Shown here: one piece after another, positions 39,120 through 52,450 of the stretch | Position numbering within the stretch: the first letter of the stretch is position 1 | Layout of the letters: every line of letters begins with the position of its first letter | Assembly: GCA_051362555.1 (NCBI GenBank) | Contig: CM120648.1 | Location: 10,040,587 to 10,104,586, forward strand | Direction: 5' to 3' | Source: Lingula anatina | Lineage: Eukaryota; Animalia; Brachiopoda | DNA: 64,000 bases | The notes under the pieces: model-generated | Seen by the model: the letters and a program-made list of their open reading frames with translations, nothing else | What the model was told of the DNA's origin: nothing | Database searches by the model: none | Position numbers and translations under genes: made by a program

Positions 39120-41085
39120 ACTTGATCAGAGAGGTTACGAGACTTTAACCCGAACTCTAATACACATTTGCTTTTTTAAGTTGGAATCAGAAATGCTTAC
39201 ATTGATAGAATGACATAAAGCTGTACGTAACCTATTAGTTTGACAAGACCAGGTAATTGAGAGTATTGTTCCCGTTGAACATAAAAAGGTTGAACATAAA
39301 AAGTTCTGAATATATCTACTCCGCCCACTTTAGAAAATGTTCTAAGGCTTTTTGAGGTATAAAAGATTGACAAATTGAATCGTATTTAAATGGAACAATA
39401 AAGCTAAGTTTTTAAAATCGCAAAGAAATATGTGATAAAAACTTATATCTTTCGTGTAATTTTTATTTTTAAGTTTCATTTTAGATTTTTAATAGCTGCA
39501 TACTTGTTTTGGTGCAGCAGTGGATTCCAGTATTTGGTTTGATTTAATTGCAGATGAGGAATTTTAGTGTATGAGATTATCCGCAGGTTGCAGGTTTACT
39601 AAAACGCTATTTTTGTTTGATTATCGAAAGAAGTTTGAAAATGTTGTAGAATTTGTTATGATGGCAATATCATTCAAGATGTTCTTATACTTTTCTAAGT
39701 CATGTTATTTGAGGGAACGCATATGAACTTCAAAATTCTAGTGCATATATATTGTGACTGTGAATGTGTGTGTGACATTACTGTCTGTTACTGTCTGACT
39801 TTTGATATTTTTAATTAATACATTTCGTTCTTGATATTATTCTTATTATTAGGTCGTGTAACTGTCGAAAACTGTACGAAGCTACTTGACTTGTGCTACC
39901 TATTTTTACACTATTGAATTTTCACTGTTATATTTTTAGATATTTTATTATGTAGAATAAAGAATTTTATTTGAAACACGCAGTGAAGACTTATAACACA
40001 TCAAATATAATTATATGGAGTTTTCCGGTTCTTCTCAATAACGTGGAATGATTAAAGTTGACACCCTGAAAAAATTAAATCGGCATTGATTTTTTACCCA
40101 AGAAAAGAAAGCTAATCGTAAGGGGAGGGAAGGAACCAATTAAAGATTTTCACCTTTTGCGGAAACGAAAATTGGATTTGGCAGGAACCCATCGTTGCTG
40201 TCTATGCTAAGGGAAAGGACCGTGACTGGAATGTATCGACAAAATATGTTTGAGGACTGTACTTTTTCAGGACGGGGGGGGGGGGGGGGGGGGGGGGCTC
40301 TAACGCCGAAATTCGAGAAAAAAAGCCTACAAGGTAGAAGACTAAATACGTTTTACTGTGCGTCAACAGATAACACAAAATGTTATTTTATATGACGTTA
40401 CTATATCTTATTCCCTGATAACATAACGGATTCAAGACAATGAGAGCGATCTTTTACAGTTGAAGCAGGTGCGGAGATTTGTGTTGACCCTGGATGGGTT
40501 GACAATAAACTTCGTTTTTGAACTATCATGTTGTATACCTGTATCATGAAATCAGTTCGCCCTCAGTATTTGGGGCTATGAAGTTTTTTGAAACCGGTCC
40601 AGGCAACTTTATCTCCTATTGGTGTGTATATATTTATGAAAGGAGTACTTTATTTACGTGCTTATGTGGTATTTGTATTTTCATATATTATGTGCATACA
40701 GGGTATTTTTCTTGTTCATTTATTTCTATAGTCAGAATAAAAAAGCTTCTTCCCCCATTTTTAGTGCTGAGTCAGCTACATTTTATATCACACCATGACC
40801 TAAAAGCTTTATATAAGTATCTTGTTCTAGAAGAGATTATACTGATCGACCGCAGTGAGTAAGAAAAAGTTGTGCCAATCTATAAAACAAAATGACAGGA
40901 CTCTACCTGCAAATATCAAATGACTTTCGATCAAGACTTTTTGGGTTTTGTGAATTATACCACAGGGTGGGACTGGCAGTGACTATAACATAGGTGATAT
41001 CCAAGGGCAATTAATCATAATAAAAATGAAATAAAATTATACTATATAAATAAATATTATATATATATATATATATATATAACAA

Positions 41086-44000
41086 AACAGTTTTGGCAAG
41101 CCATGCTGAATCACCAAATGCTAATATCGCAAATATTGAAATAAAGTGACCTGCAAGTTCGCCCACATCATCTAAAAATGGCCTAAAACTTCATACTGAA
41201 AATAAGGTGCAGGTCCCCCTGCCCCATGTGTCAAAGGGAAAATACTCTTCCTGTTTAGAGCAATCACTGTCTCTAACGACATTGTGGGGTCCACTCACTG
41301 TAACTCGCGGTTTGTCTCATCCAACGCAATGACAAGAACTGGTTTTTTTTGCTGGAAATTCCCCATGCTATTAAAAGAAATAATATAAATTCCTGAAACA
41401 AGACGGTTTGAGACATTGATCGTCAAGAGCTTAGACAGGTAAGATTGAGCTACTTCTAATATAAATTGCATCTAATTATTTCGATTATTCCAAAAGGTTT
41501 ACACGGTAATAATGGTTTGGGTTGGTTTTCAAGACCCAGCATATTCCTGTAAGAGTTGGACGATTGTGCTATTTCATGTTAGAAAATATTACATTTTACT
41601 GTGCCGTAAAAAACATTTTTGGTTTGCCCTGCCTTTATGCTAGATTAAATATCATTGAAAACTAGGGACAAAAAATTTGCCTTTACTTGAAAAATTGTAG
41701 AATATTTTTGTATCACGTACAACTGAGATTGTTGCAAGAATGTTCTAATTATGACTGGATTACCTATGCAGTAATACGGCAGGGTTCAGTATTTGAGAAG
41801 ATAGTGTCGGCCTTTTGAAGACAGCCTACTGGTACTCCAAAAAGGAGAGGAATGTACGTAGGGCGCCGATTGGTTGAGACGCATTTAACAATATTTATCA
41901 CTCTCCACTGGCCGTCAATTCGAAAACGGAAAAATGTGCAATACGAGAATTTAAGAGACTTGGCTTAGAATCGTGAGATGCCTACGTACAATGTACAATT
42001 GGTTGTCTTAAAGTGTGCATGTTTGTTTTAGGAAGTTAAACATGTATAAGTTTGCGAAAACGCGGCCGTTCATGTACAAGTGCCCTTAAATTAGTTATAT
42101 AAGCAAGCAATTAAACAGAAACAGGTTATTTCCAATTGTTATTTATAGCTCCAAAAAGCCAAAGCGCGACAATAGGGACGTGCACATCCGTGAAAAGACG
42201 CGCTGACGCTTGACGGTAGGTCGTACTGGTTTTGTCAATGAACTACTAGTAGGGAGCCCAGGTCTTTATTTATAGCGATGACGTGACATTTATTTAGTAT
42301 CGCAAGGAAAGGCTGCTCAAAAGACGTGTGCGCAGCTGGGTATTTCCAATGTTCATTAATGGCGACTATGTAAAGGGAAATTTTATTGCACAGTTTACCT
42401 GAGTTGAAAACCAGACAGACATGCAAATATATCTTGCAAATGTCAGCTATATTAAGGAAATAGCATCGTGAACAGTACTTGTGAGTTCCTGTAAACAAGC
42501 ACTCAGTAGTCTAAAAGCGAAGTTAGTGTAAACATGCAGTTACTAGATATAAAAATAACTCAGAAATAACTGGTTATAAAGCAATGGCGGGACAATGATT
42601 TCGCTCCAACTGGCTCCAACCGTCATCCAACATGTAGTTTGCATGACGACCAGACAATAAATAATTTTTCACAAAACAAAATAATTCATTTCATTATTTG
42701 TTAAGAAAAGGAAGGCTGTCTCAGAGTTTTTTTAAGAAAAAGACAACCAGAAATGTTATTGGGTTTGTTTGAAAGTGTTGATCGTGTCACAAAAGGGCGT
42801 AACACGTGCAAAAAAAAAAAAAAAAAAAAAAAAAACTCAAATTGTGCGCTTGGCATATCTAATGTTCATTCATTACGACGAAATGGAAAGTAAATCGGGC
42901 AGTGCAAATATTACCTGAGTTAACCACAGACAAGAAAAAAGGAATTTTTTGTAGGATTATCGTATTTTAAGAAGAAACGTCTTATAGCGTGTTGCATAGT
43001 GCCGATTTCCTATTGTTTTTTTTTAACGTGCATTTATCTTAAAGGCACCGGCACTTGAATCTATAAACGTCGTAAATCTGTATTTCATAAAGATATCGCT
43101 CAGAGGATTTTAAGTAACTTGGTTAAATAATTGGTTTTGTCAATATACTACTAATAGGGGAGTATCTCTGTGAAAAATGCTCAAGTGAAGTCGTTCATAC
43201 ATAGGTTCATTCCTAGTATTCACTAAAAGAACGTGCTCGAGCTACAATGTAGGCACTAAATTGTTTTGTTGTTTTCTTCTTTTTTCCCTTCTGATTTTAT
43301 AAATATGTTTATTGTTTTGTGTTTTATTCTTCAGAGAGGCGTCTTATGTATATCGAATATATAAACCATAGATATTTTCAGAGTGTTAGGTTAAACTATT
43401 TAATGTAGTTGAGAGCGATGAAAAAAGGAACATTGAGCATTCAAAATTTTATGACAACGGTACAGATGCAATCATACATAAGGGTTAAGTACATGTACTG
43501 TACGTGTGTAAATTAATATCAAACAAGAATCATTAAAAGATGTTTATTGGCTTATGGCAGCTCACCTAATCAGAGCTATTTTACTAGTATATGTACACAT
43601 AATTAAAGTAAAACGTGATAGAAGCTTACTTATAAATTTTGCATAGGAATAACCAGGGAAGATCCAGATATTCGAAGAGCTGGGGATGGGGTTGTCCGCG
43701 GATGCGAAGCCGCTCCCTACATTCGTGGAGTTCGGGGTCCGATGAAGGGCCCCGAAAAAATGGTATTTTAGAGGGCGAACGGTGCCAATTGGCAATATTT
43801 AGAACTATGATCCAGCTAGTGAAAATTCTACTTTCAAGAGGGGGGGGGGGAGGCAGAATACGAAGGGGGTTTAGGACCCCCTGACCGCCTCTAAATCCGC
43901 CACTGAATACAGGTCGCAGTATTTCCTTAACGTTCCTAATTGTTTGTACACAGCACCTTATCAGTGCTAGAGGCAATTCCATAAGCTGTTTCACATACAT

Positions 44001-46340
44001 AATGAAAAACAGCGCCTATAACTATTTTTCATTGTTTTGGCAAGATAAGCTGAATCACTAACTGCTGATATTGCACACATTAAAATAAAATGACCCGCAA
44101 GTTTAGTTCTCCCACATCACCCAAAAAATGACCTAAAACTTCATACTGAAAATAAGGTGCCCCAAGTGTCAAAGGGACAGTACTCTTCCTGTCCACAGCA
44201 ATCACTTCAGCTCACGCCATTGTGCGGTCTACTCACTGTAACTCAGAGTTTGTCTCATCTAACGCAATGACAAGAACTGGGGCTTTTTGGTGAAATTCCC
44301 CATGCTATTAAAAGAAATAATATAAATTTCTGAAACAAGACGGTTTCAGACATTGATGCTCAAGAGCACAGACAGCTAAGATTGAGCTACGTCTAATATA
44401 AATTGCATCTTGCATCTAATTATTTCGATTATTCCAAAAGGTTTACACAGTAATAATGGTTTGGGTTGGTTTTCAAGGCCAAGCATATTCCTGTAAGAGT
44501 TGGACGATTGTGCTGTTTCATGTTAGAAAATCTTACATTTTACTGTGCCGTAAAAAACAGTTTTGGTTTGCCATGCCTTTATGCTAGATTGAATATCATT
44601 GAAAACTAGGGACAAAAAATTTGCCTTTATTTGAAAAATTGTAGAATTTTTTTGTATCACGTACAACTGAGATTGTTGCAAGAATGTTCTAATTATGACT
44701 GGATTATCTATGCAGTAATACGGCAGGGTTCAGTATTTGAGAAGATAGTGTCGGCCTTTTGAAGACAGCCTACTGTTACTCCAAAAAGTAGATGAATGTC
44801 CGTTGGGCGCGAATTGGTTGAGACGCATTTAAACAGTATTTATCACTCTCCGCTGGCCGTCAATACGAAAACGGAAAAATGCGGAATACGAGAAGTTAAG
44901 AGACTTGGCTTAGAATCGTGAGATGCCTACGTACAATGTACAATTGGTTGTCTTAAAGTGTGCATGTTTGTCTTAGGAAGTTAAACATGTATAAGTTTGC
45001 GAAAACGCGGCCGTTCATGTACAAGTGCCCGTAAAATAGCTATATAAGCAAACAATTGAACAGAAACAGGTTGTTTCCAATTGTTATTTATAGCTCAAAA
45101 AAGTCAAAGCGCGACAATAGGGACGTGCACATCCGTGAAAAGATGCGCTGACGCTTAACGGTAGGTCGTACTGGGGCAGATCTTTATCATATGGAGATAT
45201 CGCTCAGACGGATTTCAAGTTTGTTAAAAATAAATTTTGTCAATAAACTACTAATAGGGACGGCATGTGTTTATTTATAGCGATGGCGTGACATTTATTT
45301 AGTATCGCATTGTTCACGTGAAGTGAAAGACAGACAGCAAAGTGGAAGGAAATTTGATGTTTTGGTAGGCTGAAGAAACACAAAACATGAACGAAATTAA
45401 CGCATGTCACAATCGCATGTCAAGGAAAAGATGCTCAAAAGACGTGTGCGCAGCTGGGTATTTCCACTGTTCATTTATATAGTGACAATATAAAAGGGAA
45501 ATTTTATTGCGCAGTTTGCCAGAGTTCACAACCAGACAGACGTGAAAATATCTCTTGCAAATGTTAGCGTTATTTAGGAAATAGCATCGTGAACAGTTCT
45601 GGTGAGTTCCCTAAAATCACAGCAGGGTGGTCATAAAGCGAAGTAAGTGTCAACAGTTACTAAATATAATAATAACTCAAAAATAACTAGTTATAAAGCA
45701 ATGGCGGGACTATGATTTCGCTCCAACTGACTGGGTAGTTTACATGACGACCAGACAAGAAATGATTAATCACATAACAAAATAATTCATGTCATTATTT
45801 GTTAGGAAGAGAAAGGTTGTCACAGAGTTTTTTCAAGAAAAAGACAGCCAAAAATGTTATTGGGTGTGTTCAAAAGTGTTAATCGTGTCACAAAAGAGCA
45901 TGACACGTGCAAAGAAACCCCTCAAATTGTGCGTTGGGTATTTCCAATGTTCATTCATTGCCACGAAATGGAAAGTAAATCGGGCTGACTGATTTGACCT
46001 GAGTTGACCACAGACACGACATGAAAAGTAATATTTTGTAGGATTATCGTATTTTAAGAATAAACGCTATGGGTATAGCGTGTTATATACATGTATAGTG
46101 ACGATTTCCAATTGGTTGTCTTTAAGCGTGCATTTTTCTTAAAGGCACCGACGCTTGAATCTATAAACGTAGCAAATCTGTATTTCATAAAGATATCGCT
46201 CAGATGGATTTTAAGTAAGTTGGTTAAATGATTGGTTTTGTCAATATACTACTAATAGGGAAGTAGCTCTGATACAGTGAAAAGTTGTCATTCATTCCTA
46301 GTAACGTTGAAAGAACGTGAGCTACAGTGCAGGTACTAAA
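41086..46340 (+). repeat. About 3-kb-period tandem duplication of type-B promoter, exon 1 and intron 1
   Basis: 41086-43270 aligns by eye with 44033-46340. kB sites at 41354-41363 and 44291-44300, TATAAA at 41384 and 44321. A third partial copy extends to about 46950. Confidence 0.85.
43654..43905. mobile_element. GC-rich short TIR element
   Basis: CAGGGAAGATCCAG...TAAATCCGCCACTG termini. Absent at the paralogous site near 26395. A related inverted copy lies near 48770-48934. Confidence 0.6.
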
Positions 46341-48365
46341 TTATGTTTCGCTAAGGGAACATAATGATTTTTCAAACGATAGCGAGGGCAAGTGTTTATT
46401 TATAGCGATGACGTGAAAATTTATATAGTATCGCATCGTTTACTTAAGGTGGAAGTCAGGCAACAAAGTGGAAACTGGTGTTTTGGTAGGCTGAAAAAAA
46501 TAATAAACAAAACATAAAATAAATGAGTTGAAAGAAAATAATGTAACAAAACAGAGAGCGTATCGCATGAAAAGAAAAAGATTCTCAAAACAGGTGTGCG
46601 CAGCTGGGTATTTCCACCGTTTATTTATAGATACAATATAAAAGGGAATTTTACGCTGCAGTTTACCTGAGTTGACAGCCGTGAGAAATTCTCTTGCTTA
46701 TGTCAACGATATTTTAGAGATAGCACTGGTGAGTTTGTGAAAAACTAGCTTGTATGTCATAAAGTGAAGTAAGTGTAAACAGTCACTTGATATGAAAATA
46801 ATATTGAAAAAGCTTGTTATTTATATCAATAATAGGACAAAAATGTCGATCAAACTAGCTTCGTAGTTTGCATAACAATGTCACAATAGAGTGTATCGCA
46901 TGAAAAGAAATACAGGTTCTCAAAAGAGTTGTGAGCATCTGGGTATTATGTTAATTTTCTTTGATGTTTTTGTGTTCTCGATTGTCAAAAATTCTTATCC
47001 AGCATGGCGTCCGGTCTAGAGCTCTAGCGCTGACCAATGTTAACTATAAGATGTCCAAAGCAGGGCATCATTATGTTTAATTGTTACCTAAGACTGTTTT
47101 AAAATGATGGTAGACTGACCTTGGACAACTCTTATTATGCCCAAGGACTGACAAAATGAACCAAACTTTAAAGGTTTTAATATTGTCAAGATTAAAAACT
47201 GAACGGTTAGGATGCACACTTATCCCTTTATTCCTGCAATTTAACAATCGGAGAGAAACAAAGAATGAAACATGTTTATTATTATTATTATTATTATTAT
47301 TTGTTTGTTGGGGCCATATTGATAATTAACAGTCATTTCCTGAAATAAAATGCGTGACAGTATTTCATGGGGGTTCTTTGCGCATGTACATGTAGGCACA
47401 GCTTAGTTAAATGAAATTGCTACAGCAAGGAATGACATAAAACAACATTTTTCTTAAAGAACTATTCAAACAAAAACATCATACCCTGGTGAAGTGTCAA
47501 CGGATGCCAATTATAAATTCTTAAAATATACTGTAGAACAGTTTCATTAGCAATGTTATTGTCACTCATAATATAAAATATACTGTTCATAAACGTTTGG
47601 TCATGTCGTACAGTCAATTGGTCATGAAATTACAGCTATCTGCTGCAATTTAAGCCTACATTTTGTCAATTTACAGGCCTTATCAAAGTCGGGGAGGGTA
47701 GGGGGGTCAGGCATAGGTGCGCTTAAGTGCATTTGCATAATAATAACATAACATAATATAATAGTATGATTATAATATAATTATCCAAATCTGGCCTTTT
47801 TCCAGTTGCGCTGACAGAGTGAAATACAACCTACTAAATAGTCATCAAGCCGTCTCTTTGAAAACGTCAGTGCTGTAACCTTGCCCCACTGTAACGACAG
47901 TGCTGTTACACTGCTCCTAATAGGGTAAAATGTGACCATGTAACCTTGGTAGTTAAGTTCTGAGCTAAGTAAAACCGGAGCCTGTTCTAACTTTGGCATG
48001 GCGATTAGACTTTAGGGAGAATCCCTCGCAGAGCTGGGTGGATCCAGCTTGTGCGCTGGTATAATTTGGATGCGGTCTATATGCATAGCCTGATTGGAAC
48101 AGATGGGTTTTCATATACAATTGACATATGTGAAATAATGTTATTTGCATGATTCATAGGGCTATAGAACCCTCCATTTTGCATATGTCAAAAAACAGAC
48201 GTGCAAAGAGTGGTGTTGCAAAAATGCGATGCATTTGATTTTCTTTTTCATTGCAAACATTATAGAATACCTTGTAAAGGGAAGTGCGTGCGTGTAGTTT
48301 TTGGAATATTTTGTAACGATAATAAGTTAGGTTTTCTTTTATTTCTATGTTTTCTAAGACTCGGC

Positions 48366-48553
48366 ATGGCGTCTACAAACACTACAGGTGGTCGGGTTGA
48401 GTTCGTGAAGCAGGTAACAGCGTTGGCAACCCAAAACGAAATATTGCATGAGGTATTAAAAGACAAAGACATCCAAGAACACGTTGTGCAGTTTATCGAG
48501 GCATGTGGAATAGAAGGGATAGAACAGACATTGATCGTCCAGAGCACAGACAG
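48366..48553 (+). CDS. APOL-like gene F, candidate extra (chimeric) first coding exon
   Basis: ATG in the conserved context ctcggcATGGCGTCT. Encodes MASTNTTGGRVEF...LIVQSTD. Donor CAG|gtaaga is phase 2 and in frame with the acceptor at 49182. Confidence 0.55.
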
Positions 48554-49182
48554 GTAAGATTGAGCTACTTCTAATATAAATTACATCTTATTATTCAGGT
48601 AATAGAACTTTCTTGCCTATTGAAGAAGAAAACCGCCCAGACTGGAAGGTATAAAAAAGACAGGACGTTGATGATTTTGAGTTATTTTGATTGTGATACA
48701 TACAAAAATGGTCCCCTCGTGAAATTGGAATTTTGACTAACCGAATCATAGTCTTAAACCGTACCAAAGAGCAGCGTTCGCCCTATTAAGTAGAATTTTT
48801 GGGGGCCCTTCAGTGGGCACCGAACCCCACTTTAAGGGCGGGGGTGGGGGGGGGGTGGCAGTCGGCTGCGCATTAGCGGCCTGTTATTCTTAGAAAGTGG
48901 ACCCGCCCTTCAAATAAACCTGGATCCACCCCTGAGGTGGTCCTTGTATTGTCATGTTAAATGACTGATATAGTCCAATGTTTTAACGCACTTTCGTTTT
49001 CGGTATGGTCAAGTTGATTCGGCAGGTGAGTTGTTACACACTCCTGTTCTACGGTTCATAAGACAAGTCGTCTTTGCATATGACAGAAGCCAGACGTGCA
49101 AAGGGAGTATATTCTGGAATATTCTGTAACAATAATACGTTTTAGTAACAATAAATTTTTTTGGTTTTCTGTCATTTTTAAG

Positions 49183-49364
49183 TGTTCCAAATACCGGTAT
49201 GGCGTCTCCAAACACTACAGGTATTGAGGAGGAGATTTTGGAGTTGACAAGTACGTTGGAAAACGAGCTTCTTCCCGCGCTTGTTGCAAGCGCCGAAAAT
49301 GTCTCCAGTATTTTGTATGGTATTGCAGACGATATTGACAAGACTTACAAACGATGTAACAAAG
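49183..49364 (+). CDS. APOL-like gene F, BH3-like exon (internal ATG at 49199; absent from the ORF track)
   Basis: Acceptor ttttaag|T. Encodes MASPNTTGIEEEILELTSTLENELLPALVASAENVSSILYGIADDIDKTYKRCNK-G|gtaaga. Confidence 0.8.
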
Positions 49365-50887
49365 GTAAGATCTTTTAATAAAAAAAAAAATGATAATAAT
49401 AATAATAAATGTTGAAGGCTTGTCGCGCCGTCTACAGGAGAAAATTGCAGTACGCGGTAGATGCACACGCTGCTAGACACGTGATCTTTAACGAGCACAC
49501 CCTAATGCTAATTGCGTGTGAATTTAGTGACATTTGATTACGTCTTTTCAATTTTATAGACATTTCTTTACATTTGTGATTTTTTTTTTTTTGTGATTTT
49601 TAAACCATTAATCATGTTACACACGGTATCCGCAATAAAAAGCACTATTTCTAACAGTTCACAGCAATGAGGTGATCATTTGTAAATAAAAGTACATGGA
49701 AATGGGGATGGGACAACCTTTTTGACCAATGTTGTTTGCGAATGGGGGGGGGGGGGGGCAACAAAACATCTCTTTTAGCCTACGTCCATATCTCTCCATG
49801 AAATAGCCGAATGACCTTGAAAATGATGGTCAAGGTCAAATTTGATATTTGATTTGACGGTTTTTCTGCTATCTAAGCTTCTTTCTCTTTCCTTTTGGAG
49901 GAATATTAGAAACTAAATAGAGCAAAAATTTGAAAATTTTGAAAATTGCTGTACACGTTACACAGTCGACGTTCATTGTATAGACATCGTGAGCACGCCT
50001 TTTATATACCAGGCGTGGGGGTGACGCACGTGCGACGCATTCCCATTGTGTTCTCGACTTTGTTCGTTAGTTTTGAGAGCGTGCGCCTTACTCAACACGC
50101 AAAGGGCACTTTCTCCTTCATTGCTTGCGACTTGCGTTTTGCACAACGCACGCCTCACTTTCTAACTCCGTGCGAGGGGAGCAAGTTACGCTTGCAGCTT
50201 GGCTGTTCGCAGGCTATTCGTAGAATCTTTTGGACATGTCCAACTCCTCGATACGTGCTTACGGGCTGTCTGCGAACTCGAATTTCGTAAGAAGGACTTC
50301 GTTGGACGTGAGATTCTGCGCAAAATTTGGACGCAAACATCCCATAAGGATCCGTACGGCCGGTTGTGACCGAGGCTCTACTTAGACGCGTACGATCTTA
50401 CATTTTGGCAATTTATCAAGGACATCATATGAAGCCTTTGACTTCTTTCTTTTATCCTCTTCTGGGTTACAGATGGCTTTTTCACAGATACGTCTCTTAC
50501 TGTGCTGTGACCCTGTTCTTTTATCTTAGGGATACTTACTTGGTTATTGTCTGAAGGATAAAATCCACATAAAATATTTTACTAAACTAACATACTAAAA
50601 ACCTGGATTTGCGTCGAAAATATTTTAACAATTTTCCACATATTTAAGCTGTCACTCATGATAATGCACTTCATGTAACGTGAAAGGGGTCACTAGGTGT
50701 TCACGTAACCTAGAGGGTCATTAAACACTGGCCCAAGACCCTTACACAAATTGTGTACCAAAACATACAAATACATCTGACATTATTTAGCTTTTGTAGA
50801 TTTTTAAACGCCGGGATAATTTTAGTGCAGTATTAGCATTTTTTTCATTCAGTAGCAAAATAATATATAAACCTTTTGACTTATGAA

Positions 50888-50888
<1 letters not shown>

Positions 50889-50933
<45 letters not shown>
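50889..50933. repeat. (CA)n microsatellite
   Basis: Perfect CA run. Confidence 0.95.
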
Positions 50934-50935
<2 letters not shown>

Positions 50936-52257
50936 ACTCCCTCTCAGTATAAAAAAGTTGTACAATTACAGCATACATCTGAGGGTAGAAACAGAGATTG
51001 ACAATTTTTGTCGATAAGCTTTCAATTTTCATTATAAGAGGTATATCCTTAGATGATTGCATGTCAATTAAGATATATTAAGTTTTCAATTGTCAATTAA
51101 GATATATTAAGCGATCAACATTTTCCCATTTTCTTTTGACATCTTTTTGTTTTTCGTCGTTATACATACCGACTTGGCAATTTAGATGGGTTATATTTTT
51201 CAAATAATTTTTCATCATTTTTTCCCTATTTTGCAGACTTATAAATGAAAATAAGGATTAAAATCGTGTTTTCATTATTTTAACTGTCTTTCATGTCATT
51301 GTGACTCCATTTCATAAAGCGGCATACAAACCGAGAGGGGGTGCTATCATAGTTGTTGAGATGATATCATAGTAGTGTCTAAAATTGTTTATCTTAACTT
51401 CGTTTTTAACTCCTTTTTTGTCTGTTCTTTGCGTTCAGTTCTAAGCTCTGCTGTCTTCGAAAACGGGTTGCGCGCGCACCTTTTACTATTAATACTATCA
51501 GGGCTTCCTAACCAGTGTGAACATTGCATCATGCGACGTTTTCTCAATGCAAGGTTTCCGAACGTTAAATGCCTTATTTACCTCTGTTGACATGCCATTG
51601 CCCTATCTATTATAATCCTATTTGTACTCATGCAAGTTTTGTCTCGTACTTCCTTCTGCTTGTTATCCCTCTTATGAGCTAATGTTTTTTTTTTTTCTTC
51701 GCATGGTGAGAAATCCAACATGGCGCCCCTAGCGACGAGATGCTAAGGCTGATAGTCGAATGTTGTAGTGCCGATCAAAACACAGTTCAATTGTTTTTTT
51801 TATGTGATATGTCCTACACTGTACATGCGATGCCCATGTTTGTATATGGACATAACAAGGCACGCTCATTATATATACTCATAGAATTTAAAAAATGCAT
51901 CACTTGATATTTCAGTGAATATTTTTATAGGATGTATTTTTACAGCAAAATATCTAGGAAAATATACATGTATGCTGTATCCCTAGGGATTCTTTATTGA
52001 TACACCTTCACAAATAAGGTACAATCAACGACAGTACATCTAAATATAGCAGAGTACAAACAAGTAAATGAATAAATATACATGATTTTGATGCGATATA
52101 GATGAATACGTGTTTAAAAAAGGGCCGAAGTACAATGTACAATCATAGAGGTAAAACAGACAACTCCAGCTACAGTTACGTAAATTTGCAGGACGTGGAA
52201 ACGCATTTAGACCCAATTAGATAAATGTATAATAATACTAATAAATGAGTTTATAAA

Positions 52258-52305
<48 letters not shown>

Positions 52306-52450
52306 GTGTAATGATAATCTACAGGCGACTTGTTAACTTAGAGCAGTCACGTGGTACACCTAGTCACTCGACCTGCACCAAAGGAAAGTAGGTTTAGCAG
52401 GTTTCCCACAGTTTTCTCGCCCGTTCATTCACATGCTAGCATAACCCTCT

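Noticed and set aside
49425-50390. GC-richer insert in the gene F intron with a TGACCTTGA/TCAAGGTCA hairpin and short ORFs
   Set aside because: An insertion relative to paralog introns, but with no clear termini, TSD or protein similarity. Left unclassified.
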